From NCBI GenBank assembly GCA_040954595.2, contig CM082590.2, positions 2,790,001-2,854,000 of the forward strand: a stretch of DNA of 64,000 bases. Direction: 5' to 3'. The translations under genes were made by a program, and so were the position numbers. The notes below the pieces were generated by a model that saw nothing but the letters and a program-made list of their open reading frames with translations, was not told the origin of the DNA and searched no databases. This document shows, one piece after another, positions 1-10,678 of the stretch (its first letter is position 1; every line of letters begins with the position of its first letter). The stretch comes from Balanoglossus misakiensis. Its lineage: Eukaryota > Animalia > Hemichordata.

Positions 1-410
1 CAGCCTTGCTATGGTATAGCCCAGCTCTGCGTACAGTGTTCTTGGCGTGGAGGCCGTGTCATGGCGGGAACACACAGACCTGTACACAGAGCTAGCTGTT
101 GCCCCGCGTTGCCAATTCGCCTTGATTGAATAAATTTTGACATCTGAACATACAAAAATTGTGTTAATTTGTTATTTTCAGAACTAAGAAATAGCTGTAG
201 GGCCCAGATCCCAGGAAACGGCGAATAAAATATTCCTTACAATTTCCTTGTAAACTCAAGTTTTGTTTAAATAAATTTAAATTAAAAAGACAAAGTCTCT
301 CTCTACATAACCATATTTAATGATAGCTTGCATTCTAGATTTACAACTGATAAGATAGGGTGTGGGGCATAGATAGTAAAGGGGCAGACCCCGAAGTCTC
401 CACCTCCTCT

Positions 411-582
411 GTAGGCTGCATTCACAAACACCATTGGAGGGTGGGGGGGGGGGGGGTGGGCGAGAGAATTAAAAAATTTTACCGCTAATTTTCACATGCC
501 CCCCCCCTCCCCCCGACACAACCCGAAATATTTACAAATCCCCCTTCCGAACTGCCAAAATTTTAAACACCCTCCCCCTCCA
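411..582. mobile_element. Possible non-autonomous DNA-transposon (MITE-like) fragment with G-run left part and C-run right part
   Basis: TAGGCTGCATTCACAAACACC is followed by a long G tract (~436-459), an A/T spacer, and several C tracts (~499-514, 540-545, 570-582) that could fold back on it. This resembles small interspersed elements of invertebrate genomes, but no clean TIR or TSD was identified. Confidence 0.3.
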
Positions 583-629
583 TTTTCTTTCACAGAGCAA
601 AACACATCACCTATCTATCTTGTAAAAGA

Positions 630-769
630 TGATATTAATTCGACACTACACCTGTAATTAATTCAAGTCTACACGTAAAAAGAATTCGATATGTTGGCAA
701 AATTATTTCTAACAAAGATAAGCTAAAATAATTATTTAGAACACATAAAATTAATTCTGCATGACTACA
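630..769 (+). repeat. 140-bp direct repeat, copy 1 (degenerate ~23-bp AAATTAATTCG units)
   Basis: TGATATTAATTCGACACTACACCTG...AAAATTAATTCTGCATGACTACA matches 973-1112 with only a few substitutions (offset 343). Confidence 0.95.
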
Positions 770-868
770 AAAAATAATTAAAAACATTGAATTCCCCCCA
801 AAACGTCTCACAACTTGTACAACGGCCCCTTTTTCGAACTTTATGCGGCGAGAAAGACATGCTCAGCC

Positions 869-880
869 GCCGCCATCTTG
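869..880 (+). promoter_or_regulatory. YY1-like binding motif GCCGCCATCTTG
   Basis: Matches the YY1 consensus (CAAGATGGCGGC on the minus strand). It lies in the GC-richer spacer between the two 140-bp repeats. Motif match only; such motifs are also frequent inside transposons. Confidence 0.35.
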
Positions 881-906
881 ATTTAAGCGCAAAGGATTGT
901 GGGGGC

Positions 907-1112
907 AATATTAATTTGACACAATGTAAAATTAATTCGACACAACACGTGAAATTAATTCGACAAAACACGTGATATTAATTCGACACTACACCTGAAA
1001 TTAATTCGAGTCTACACGTAAAAATAATTCGAGATGTTGGCAAAATTATTTCCAACAAAGATAAGCTAAAATAATTATTTAGAACACATAAAATTAATTC
1101 TGCATGACTACA
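907..1112 (+). repeat. ~23-bp minisatellite, consensus approx. AAATTAATTCGACACAACACGTG, ~9 progressively degenerate units
   Basis: Clear units at 929-951, 952-974, 975-997 and 998-1020, with degenerate units at 907-928 and 1021-1112. Confidence 0.9.
973..1112 (+). repeat. 140-bp direct repeat, copy 2
   Basis: Near-identical to 630-769. Confidence 0.95.
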
Positions 1113-1398
1113 TGTCGGTCTCTGGCCCATGGACTATAACCAAACAATGATAGTCCCAAATAAAGCCAAGCCATCAACTCCAATTTTGGTTTATTGGTGA
1201 TGTTTTCTGCGATCATGCTGGATGCAATGCGGATATAATAAAACTACTCTGTGAAAAATATGTTTGTTTACAAATTTGTTCACCTTTGTGGGTATATTGA
1301 ACAGAAAGGGTTACTCCCCTTAACCTCTCAACAAACAAACAATCTTGACAATATTTGTAAACATACATATTTTTGTCACACATTTTTATATTAAACAA

Positions 1399-1412
1399 AC
1401 ACACACACACAC
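1399..1412 (+). repeat. (AC)7 microsatellite
   Basis: ACACACACACACAC read directly. Confidence 0.8.
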
Positions 1413-2131
1413 TGCAAAGCAGGAGGAAGAGCTCCCTGTGGTCTTCCCACAAACGTTGGAATCACACTGCAGTGGTCGCCTGATTCAACCAGTAAAGGTC
1501 ACATGAGGTCATCAATTGTTGTCGGTTTTCTGGTTGAATATTCTCTGAAAGCACGCCTTAACATTGATATTTTGCAATTGGTGTCAATAGTCATGAACTT
1601 TAAATAATGGAGCATCACTCGGCCCCAGTTACTAAGTTGCGATAGGGCGAAATCAACAGCGGAAACTGATTGTCGATCGTCCATGTCTCAAGCTTACCTT
1701 GTTTACGGACTGAATCAGGGGACTACAGTAACGTTATCGCGATGAATGTGATTCTACCCACACATTAAGTCGTGAAAACTATCAGTGATATCTTAAAACA
1801 CACTAAATACTGTAATGTTTCAATACTCACTCCGCCAAATCTGTATATAGGAATAATGATGGTGGACAGTGTGGGGGGCCTGAACCCATGACTTGCAGAA
1901 AACAGCTGGTACTTGCTCGCTCCTTGGCTTTGCATGTTTTCCGCTATTCTTTCAGAGAAATATGACACCGTCCTGGATGTGTAACAAACACTGGCCAACT
2001 AACGTCCATAGAAAAGGCGACATTGGAGTTGACGACAGAAAAAACTGGCAGATTCTCTAGCCTGCGTGTCACACATGTGTTTACAACGAAGACACTGAAC
2101 TGGTCAAAGGAAACGGGTCGAAGGTCAGCAA

Positions 2132-2147
2132 CAGCGCCCTCTTGGGG
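2132..2147 (-). promoter_or_regulatory. CTCF-like motif (minus strand CCCCAAGAGGGCGCTG)
   Basis: Matches the CTCF core CCACCAGGGGGCGCTG at 13/16 positions, including the AG(A/G)GGGCGC core. Motif match only. Confidence 0.35.
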
Positions 2148-2389
2148 TATATTCTGCGGAACTTTTGAAAGTTCCCGATCTCGTATCCTAAGGACGCCAG
2201 CAGAATTTCCTGCGGCATTTTAATTCTCATTCAAATATGAAAGAAACAAAACTAACCCGGTGTGAATTAGTTGGTTTAAAGGGGAGTTGGGGCAGGGTCT
2301 TCTTTCGGTAGTTTTGACCCCCAATAAGGCCTATTTACGGAGAGGCTCTCTTATTCTTCAAATTTATTAATGGAAGTCGCGTATATGGG

Positions 2390-2630
2390 TAAGGGACCAT
2401 TTAGTTTTTACGGCCGGGTGGGGCGGCAAAATCCAGGGGGGGGGGGGGGTCACTTAAATTTTGAAGTCCGAAAGTGGGGGTAATCTTTTTTTTAAAAACG
2501 TTTAGGGGGTCACATACTTTTGCCGCAAAACTTTTGCTTTGAGTCCACAAAATTGCAGTTTCGCGCCCTTAATTTTACAAGATTTTCTAATATGGGAGGG
2601 GGACACCCCATCCCACACCCACCCCTCCAT
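2390..2630. mobile_element. Possible MITE-like / interspersed repeat fragment with repeated GGGGGT(C/A)A...TTTT units
   Basis: TAAGGGACCATTTAGTTTTTACGG is followed by a G14 tract and three GGGGGTCAC/GGGGGTAATC + T-run units (~2445, ~2476, ~2505), then GGGAGGGGGACACCCATCCCACACCCACCCC. The architecture is typical of invertebrate non-autonomous elements; family not identified. Confidence 0.3.
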
Positions 2631-2682
2631 TCTTCGCTACATTTCATTTATTGTCTGGTTTGTCTAGTGTACAAGGGCAGAC

Positions 2683-2734
2683 TACTTGCCACACCACCAC
2701 ACCGATGCTTACTTTGAGTGGAGTGGCAAAAGTA
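2683..2734. repeat. Inverted repeat / hairpin abutting the satellite start
   Basis: TTGCCACACCAC (2686-2697) pairs with GTGGAGTGGCAA (2718-2729) at 11/12 positions around a 20-nt loop. TAC (2683-2685) pairs with GTA (2732-2734) after a 2-nt bulge. The array begins at 2737. Confidence 0.8.
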
Positions 2735-4369
2735 AAATGCGCAGAACACATAGATAGGCCTATGCGCATAAGAACGTTTTCCACTAGACTCTGTGGATCG
2801 ACGGATAGTTCCAAAATGCCCATGGTTGCTTCCAAACAGCCTCGTTTATTTACCGAATTCTGTTGTGAGGCACATAACACATAGATAGGCCTATGTGCAT
2901 AAGAAAGTTTTCCACTAGACTCTGTAGATCGAGAGATAGTTCTAAAATATCCATGGTTGCCTCAAAACACAGCCTCGTTTGTTTACAAAAATCTGTTGTG
3001 ATGCGCAGAACACATAGATAGGCCTATGCGCATAAGAACGTTTTCCACTAGACCTTTTAGATCGACGGATAGTTCTAAAATTTCCATGGTTGTTTCCAAA
3101 CAGCCTCGTTTATTTACCGATTTCTGTTGTGAGGCGCTGAACACATAGATAGGCCTATGCGCATAAGAAAGTTTTCCACTAGACGCTGAAGATCGACGGA
3201 TAGTTCTAAAATTTCCATGGTTGCTTCCAAACAGCCTCGTTTATTTACCGATTTCTGTTGTGAGGCGCAGAACACATGATAGGCCCATGCTCATAAGAAA
3301 TTTTTCCACTAGACTGTGTAGATCGAGAGATAGTTCAAAAATTTCCGTGGTTGCTTCCAAACAGCCTCGTTTGTTTACAAAATTATTTTGTGATGCGCAG
3401 AACACATAGATAGGCCTATGCGCAAAAGAACGTTTTCCACTAGACTCTGTAGATCGATGGATAGTTCTAAAATTTACATGGGTGCTTCTAAACAGCCTCG
3501 TTTATTTACCGATTTCTGTTGTGAGGCGCTGAACACATGATAGGCCTATACGCATAAGAAAGTTTTCCACTATACTCTGTAGATCGACGGATAGTTGTAA
3601 AATTTCAATGGTTGCTTCCAAACAGCCTCGTTTATTTACCGAATTCTGTTGTGATGCGCAGAACACATGATAGGACTATGCGCATAAGAAATTTTTCCAC
3701 TAGACTCTGTAGATCGACGGGTAGTTCTAAAATTTCCATAGTTGCTTCCAAACAGCCTCGTTTATTTACCGAATTCTGTTGTTAGGCGCAGAACACGTGA
3801 TAGGCCTATGCGCATAAGAAAGTTTTCCACTAGACTCTGTAGATCGACGGATAGTTCTAAAATTGCCATGGTTGCTTCCAAACAGCCTCGTTAATTTACC
3901 GATTTCTGTTGTGAGGCGCAGAACACATGATAGGCCTATGCGCATAAGAATTTTTTCCACTAGACTCTGTAGATCGACGGATAGTTCTAAAATTGCCATG
4001 GTTGCTTCCAAACAGCCTCGTTAATTTACCGATTTCTGTTGTGAGGCGCAGAACACATGATAGGCCTATGCGCATAAGAATTTTTTCCACTAGACTCTGT
4101 AGATCGACGGATAGTTCTAAAATGTCCATGGTTGCTTCCAAACAGCCTCGTTTATTTAATGAATTCTGTTGTGATGCGCAGAACACATGATAGGCCTATG
4201 CGCATAAGAATTTTTCCACTAGACTCTGTAGATCGACGGATAGTTCTAAAATATCCATACTTGCTGCCAAACAGCCTCGTTTATTTACCGAATTATGTTG
4301 TGAGGCGCAGAACACGTGATAGGCCTATGCGCATCAGAAAGTTTTCCACTAGACTCTGTAGATCGAGAG

Positions 4370-7300
4370 ATAGTTCTAAAATTTCCAATGTTGCCTCAAA
4401 ACACAGCCTCGTTTGTTTACAAAATTCTGTTGTGATGCGCAGAACACATAGATAGGCCTATGCACATAAGAACGTTTTCCACTAGACTCTGTAGATCGAC
4501 GGATAGTTCTAAAATTTCCATGGTTGCTTCCAAACACAGTCTCGTTTGTTTACAAAAGTCTGCAGTGATGCGCAGAACACATGATAGGCCTATGCGCATA
4601 AGAAACTTTTTCACTGTAGATCGACGGATAGTTCTAAAATTTCCATAGACTCTGTAGATCGAGAGATAGTTCTAAAATTTCCATGGTTGCTTCCAAACAC
4701 AGCCTCGTTTGTTTACAAAATTCTTTTGTGATGCGCAGAACACATAGCTAGGCCTATGCGCATAAGAAAGTTTTCCACTAGACTCTGTAGATCGACGGAT
4801 AGTTCTAAAATTTCCATGGTTGCTTCCAAACAGCCTCGTTTATTTACCGAATTCTGTTGTGAGGCGCAGAGCACGTAATAGGCCTATGCGCATACGAAAG
4901 TTTTCCACCAGACTCCGTAGATCGACGGATAGTTGTAAAATTCCATGGTTGTTTCCAAACACAGCCTCGTTTATTTACCGATTTCTGTTGTGAGGCGCTG
5001 AACACATGATAGGCCTATACGCATAAGAAAGTTTTCCACTATACTCTGTAGATCGACGGATAGTTCTAAAATTTCCATGGTTGCTTCCAAACAGCCTCGT
5101 TTATTTACCGATTTCTGTTGTGAGGCGCAGAACACATGATAGGCCCATGCTCATAAGAAATTTTTCCACTAGACTGTGTAGATCGAGAGATAGTTCAAAA
5201 ATTTCCGTGGTTGCTTCCAAACAGCCTCGTTTGTTTACAAAATTATTTTGTGATGCGCAGAACACATAGATAGGCCTATGCGCAAAAGAACGTTTTCCAC
5301 TAGACTCTGTAGATCGACGGATAGTTGTAAAATTTCAATGGTTGCTTCCAAACAGCCTCGTTTATTTACCGAATTCTGTTGTGATGCGCAGAACACATGA
5401 TAGGACTATGCGCATAAGAAATTTTTCCACTAGACTCTGTAGATCGACGGGTAGTTCTAAAATTTCCATAGTTGCTTCCAAACAGCCTCGTTTATTTACC
5501 GATTTCTGTTGTGAGGCGCAGAACACGTGATAGGCCTATGCGCATAAGAAAGTTTTTTACTAGACTCTGCAGATCGACGGATAGTTCTAAAATTTCCATG
5601 GTTGCTTCCAAACACAGCCTCGTTTATTTCCAAATTCTGTTGTAATGCGCAGAACACATAGATAGGCCTATGCGCATAAGAACGTTTTCCACTAGACTCT
5701 ATAGATCGACGGATAGTTCTAAAATTTCCATGGTTGCTTCCAAACACAGCCTCGTTTGTTTACAAAATTCTGCAGTGATGCGCAGAACACATGATAGGCC
5801 TATGCGCATAAGAAACTTTTTCACTGTAGATCGACGGATAGTTCTAAAATTTCCATGGTTGATTCCAAACACAACCTCGTTTGTTTACAAAATTCTGTTG
5901 TAATGCGTAGAACACATAGCTAGGCCTATGCGCATAAGAAAGTTTTCCACTAGACTCTGTAGATCGAGAGATAGTTCTAAAATATACATGGTTGCCTCAA
6001 AACACAGCCTCGTTTGTTTACAAAATTCTGTTGTGATGCGCAGAACACATAGATAGGCCTATGTGCATAAGAAAGTTTTCCACTAGACTCTGTAGATCGA
6101 CGGATAGTTCTAAAATTTCCATGGTTGCATCCAAACAGCCTCGTTTATTTACCGATTTCTGTTGTGAGGCGCAGAACACGTGATAGGCCTATGCGCATAA
6201 GAAAGTTTTTTACTAGACTCTGCAGATCGACGGATAGTTCTAAAATTTCCAATGTTGCCTCAAAACACAGCCTCGTTTGTTTACAAAATTCTGTTGTGAT
6301 GCGCAGAACACATAGATAGGCCTATGCACATAAGAACGTTTTCCACTAGACTCTGTAGATCGACGGATAGTTCTAAAATTTCCATGGTTGCTTCCAAACA
6401 CAGTCTCGTTTGTTTACAAAAGTCTGCAGTGATGCGCAGAACACATGATAGGCCTATGCGCATAAGAAACTTTTTCACTGTAGATCGACGGATAGTTCTA
6501 AAATTTCCATAGACTCTGTAGATCGAGAGATAGTTCTAAAATTTCCATGGTTGCTTCCAAACACAGCCTCGTTTGTTTACAAAATTCTTTTGTGATGCGC
6601 AGAACACATAGCTAGGCCTATGCGCATAAGAAAGTTTTCCACTAGACTCTGTAGATCGACGGATAGTTCTAAAATTTCCATGGTTGCTTCCAAACAGCCT
6701 CGTTTATTTACCGAATTCTGTTGTGAGGCGCAGAGCACGTAATAGGCCTATGCGCATACGAAAGTTTTCCACCAGACTCCGTAGATCGACGGATAGTTGT
6801 AAAATTCCATGGTTGTTTCCAAACACAGCCTCGTTTATTTACCGATTTCTGTTGTGAGGCGCTGAACACATGATAGGCCTATACGCATAAGAAAGTTTTC
6901 CACTATACTCTGTAGATCGACGGATAGTTCTAAAATTTCCATGGTTGCTTCCAAACAGCCTCGTTTATTTACCGATTTCTGTTGTGAGGCGCAGAACACA
7001 TGATAGGCCCATGCTCATAAGAAATTTTTCCACTAGACTGTGTAGATCGAGAGATAGTTCAAAAATTTCCGTGGTTGCTTCCAAACAGCCTCGTTTGTTT
7101 ACAAAATTATTTTGTGATGCGCAGAACACATAGATAGGCCTATGCGCAAAAGAACGTTTTCCACTAGACTCTGTAGATCGACGGATAGTTGTAAAATTTC
7201 AATGGTTGCTTCCAAACAGCCTCGTTTATTTACCGAATTCTGTTGTGATGCGCAGAACACATGATAGGACTATGCGCATAAGAAATTTTTCCACTAGACT

Positions 7301-8114
7301 CTGTAGATCGACGGGTAGTTCTAAAATTTCCATAGTTGCTTCCAAACAGCCTCGTTTATTTACCGATTTCTGTTGTGAGGCGCAGAACACGTGATAGGCC
7401 TATGCGCATAAGAAAGTTTTTTACTAGACTCTGCAGATCGACGGATAGTTCTAAAATTTCCATGGTTGCTTCCAAACACAGCCTCGTTTATTTCCAAATT
7501 CTGTTGTAATGCGCAGAACACATAGATAGGCCTATGCGCATAAGAACGTTTTCCACTAGACTCTATAGATCGACGGATAGTTCTAAAATTTCCATGGTTG
7601 CTTCCAAACACAGCCTCGTTTGTTTACAAAATTCTGCAGTGATGCGCAGAACACATGATAGGCCTATGCGCATAAGAAACTTTTTCACTGTAGATCGACG
7701 GATAGTTCTAAAATTTCCATGGTTGATTCCAAACACAACCTCGTTTGTTTACAAAATTCTGTTGTAATGCGTAGAACACATAGCTAGGCCTATGCGCATA
7801 AGAAAGTTTTCCACTAGACTCTGTAGATCGAGAGATAGTTCTAAAATATACATGGTTGCCTCAAAACACAGCCTCGTTTGTTTACAAAATTCTGTTGTGA
7901 TGCGCAGAACACATAGATAGGCCTATGTGCATAAGAAAGTTTTCCACTAGACTCTGTAGATCGACGGATAGTTCTAAAATTTCCATGGTTGCATCCAAAC
8001 AGCCTCGTTTATTTACCGATTTCTGTTGTGAGGCGCAGAACACGTGATAGGCCTATGCGCATAAGAAAGTTTTTTACTAGACTCTGCAGATCGACGGATA
8101 GTTCTAAAATTTCC
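4370..8114 (+). repeat. Tandem higher-order duplication, period 1864 bp (2 copies), with a nested 653-bp 5-mer unit
   Basis: Private marker ATTTCCAATG occurs at 4381 and 6245. ORF pairs 4460/6324, 5081/6945, 5342/7206 and 5670/7534 are offset 1864; pairs 7360/8013 and 7534/8187 are offset 653. Confidence 0.93.
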
Positions 8115-8995
8115 ATGGTTGCTTCCAAACACAGCCTCGTTTATTTCCAAATTCTGTTTTAATGCGCAGAACACATAGATAGGCCTATGCGCATAAGAAC
8201 GTTTTCCACTAGACTCTATAGATCGACGGATAGTTCTAAAATTTCCATGGTTGCTTCCAAACACAGCCTCGTTTGTTTACAAAATTCTGCAGTGATGCGC
8301 AGAACACATGATAGGCCTATGCGCATAAGAAACTTTTTCACTGTAGATCGACGGATAGTTCTAAAATTTCCATGGTTGATTCCAAACACAACCTCGTTTG
8401 TTTACAAAATTCTGTTGTAATGCGCAGAACACATAGCTAGGCCTATGCGCATAAGAAAGTTTTCCACTAGACTCTGTAGATCGAGAGATAGTTCTAAAAT
8501 ATACATGGTTGCCTCAAAACACAGCCTCGTTTGTTTACAAAATTCTGTTGTGATGCGCAGAACACATAGATAGGCCTATGCGCATAAGAACGTTTTCCAC
8601 TAGACCTTTTAGATCGACGGATAGTTCTAAAATTTCCATGGTTGTTTCCAAACAGCCTCGTTTATTTACCGATTTCTGTTGTGAGGCGCTGAACACATAG
8701 ATAGGCCTATGCGCATAAGAAAGTTTTCCACTAGACGCTGAAGGTCGACGGATAGTTCTAAAATTTCCATGGTTGCTTCCAAACAGCCTCGTTTATTTAC
8801 CGATTTCTGTTGTGAGGCGCAGAACACATGATACGCCCATGCGCATAAGAAATTTTTCCACTAGACTCTGTAGATCGACGGATAGTTCTAAAATGTCCAT
8901 GGTTGCTTCCAAACAAAGCCTCGTTTGTTTACAAAATTCTGTTGTGATGCGCAGAACACATATATAGGCCTATGCGCATATGAACGTTTCCCACT

Positions 8996-10678
8996 ATACT
9001 CTGTAGATCGAGAGATAGTTCTAAAATTTCCATGTTTGCTTACAAACAGCCTCGTTTATTTACGGAATTCTGTTTTGAGGCGCAGAACACATAGATAGGC
9101 ATATGTGCATAAGAAAGTTTTCCACTATAGACTCTGTAGATCGAGAGATAGTTCTAAAATTTCCATGGTTGCTTCCAAACACAGCCTCGTTTGTTTACAA
9201 AATTCTGTTGTGATGCGCAGAACACATATATAGGCCTATGCGCATAAGAACGTTTTCCACTAGACTCTGTAGAACGACGGATAGCTGTAAAATGTCCATG
9301 GTTGCTTCCAAACTGCCTCGTTTATTTACCGATTTCTGTTGTGAGGCGCAGAACACATGATAGGCCTATGCGCATAAGACATTTTTCCACTAGACTCTGT
9401 AGATCGACGGATAGTTCTAAAATTTCCATGGTTGCTTCCAAACAGCCTCGTTTATTTACCGAATTCTGTTGTGAGGCGCAGAACACGTAATATACCTATG
9501 CGCATTAGAAAGTTTTCCACAAGACTCTGTAGATCGACGGATAGATGTAAAATGTCCACGGTTGCTTCCAAATACAGCCTCGTTTATTTACCGATTTCTG
9601 TTGTGATGCGCATAACACATATATAGGCCTATGCGCAAAAGAACGTTTTCCACTAGACTCTGTAGATCGACGGATAGCTGTAAAATTTCCATGTTTGCTT
9701 CCAAACAGCCTCGTTTATTTACGGAATTCTGTTGTGAGGCGCAGAACACGTAATAGGCCTATGCGCATTAGAAAGTTTTCCACAGGACTCTGTAGATCGA
9801 CGGATAGTTGTAAAATGTCCATGGTTGCTTCCAAATACTCTGTAGATCGAGAGATAGTTCTAAAATTTCCATGTTTGCTTACAAACAGCCTCGTTTATTT
9901 ACGGAATTCTGTTTTGAGGCGCAGAACACATAGATAGGCATATGTGCATAAGAAAGTTTTCCACTATAGACTCTGTAGATCGAGAGATAGTTCTAAAATT
10001 TCCATGGTTGCTTCCAAACACAGCCTCGTTTGTTTACAAAATTCTGTTGTGATGCGCAGAACACATATATAGGCCTATGCGCATAAGAACGTTTTCCACT
10101 AGACTCTGTAGAACGACGGATAGCTGTAAAATGTCCATGGTTGCTTCCAAACTGCCTCGTTTATTTACCGATTTCTGTTGTGAGGCGCAGAACACATGAT
10201 AGGCCTATGCGCATAAGACATTTTTCCACTAGACTCTGTAGATCGACGGATAGTTCTAAAATTTCCATGGTTGCTTCCAAACAGCCTCGTTTATTTACCG
10301 AATTCTGTTGTGAGGCGCAGAACACGTAATAGACCTATGCGCATTAGAAAGTTTTCCACAAGACTCTGTAGATCGACGGATAGATGTAAAATGTCCACGG
10401 TTGCTTCCAAATACAGCCTCGTTTATTTACCGATTTCTGTTGTGATGCGCATAACACATATATAGGCCTATGCGCAAAAGAACGTTTTCCACTAGACTCT
10501 GTAGATCGACGGATAGCTGTAAAATTTCCATGTTTGCTTCCAAACAGCCTCGTTTATTTACGGAATTCTGTTGTGAGGCGCAGAACACATAATAGGCCTA
10601 TGCGCATTAGAAAGTTTTCCACAGGACTCTGTAGATCGACGGATAGTTGTAAAATGTCCATGGTTGCTTCCAAATACA
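8996..10678 (+). repeat. Out-of-register tandem duplication, period 839 bp
   Basis: ORF pairs 9302/10141, 9432/10271 and 9695/10534 are offset 839. The chimeric junction CCAAATACTCTGTAG is at 9831-9845. Confidence 0.92.

Noticed and set aside
436-459. G tracts as functional G-quadruplexes (also 2436-2449)
   Set aside because: They are simple homopolymer runs within probable interspersed repeats. Their length is error-prone and nothing supports a function.
738-1090. AGAACACATA shared between the flank minisatellite and the satellite monomer
   Set aside because: A 10-bp AT-rich match is expected by chance at this scale and does not extend. It occurs twice only because of the 140-bp duplication.
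1692-1701. Minus-strand splice donor CAAG|GTAAG, plus a plus-strand acceptor-like TTATTTTCAG at 172-181 with AATAAA at 224-229
   Set aside because: These are isolated short signals on opposite strands with no coherent gene model, as expected by chance in AT-rich DNA.
765-2717. Short ORFs in the flank (e.g. 1499-1684 minus, 1765-1998 minus, 2023-2223 plus)
   Set aside because: All are under 80 aa with no recognisable motif, and several overlap repeats. A small exon cannot be excluded without RNA-seq.
2840-2857. CENP-B box in CCTCGTTTATTTACCGA / CCTCGTTTATTTACGGA
   Set aside because: It does not satisfy the core TTCGnnnnAnnCGGG. Only TCG aligns and the spacing is wrong.
2737-2867. Hammerhead ribozyme or tRNA/5S-derived monomer, as in newt, schistosome and cricket satellites
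   Set aside because: The consensus has no CTGAnGA core on either strand, no Pol III A/B boxes and no cloverleaf. An Infernal/Rfam scan would be the formal test.
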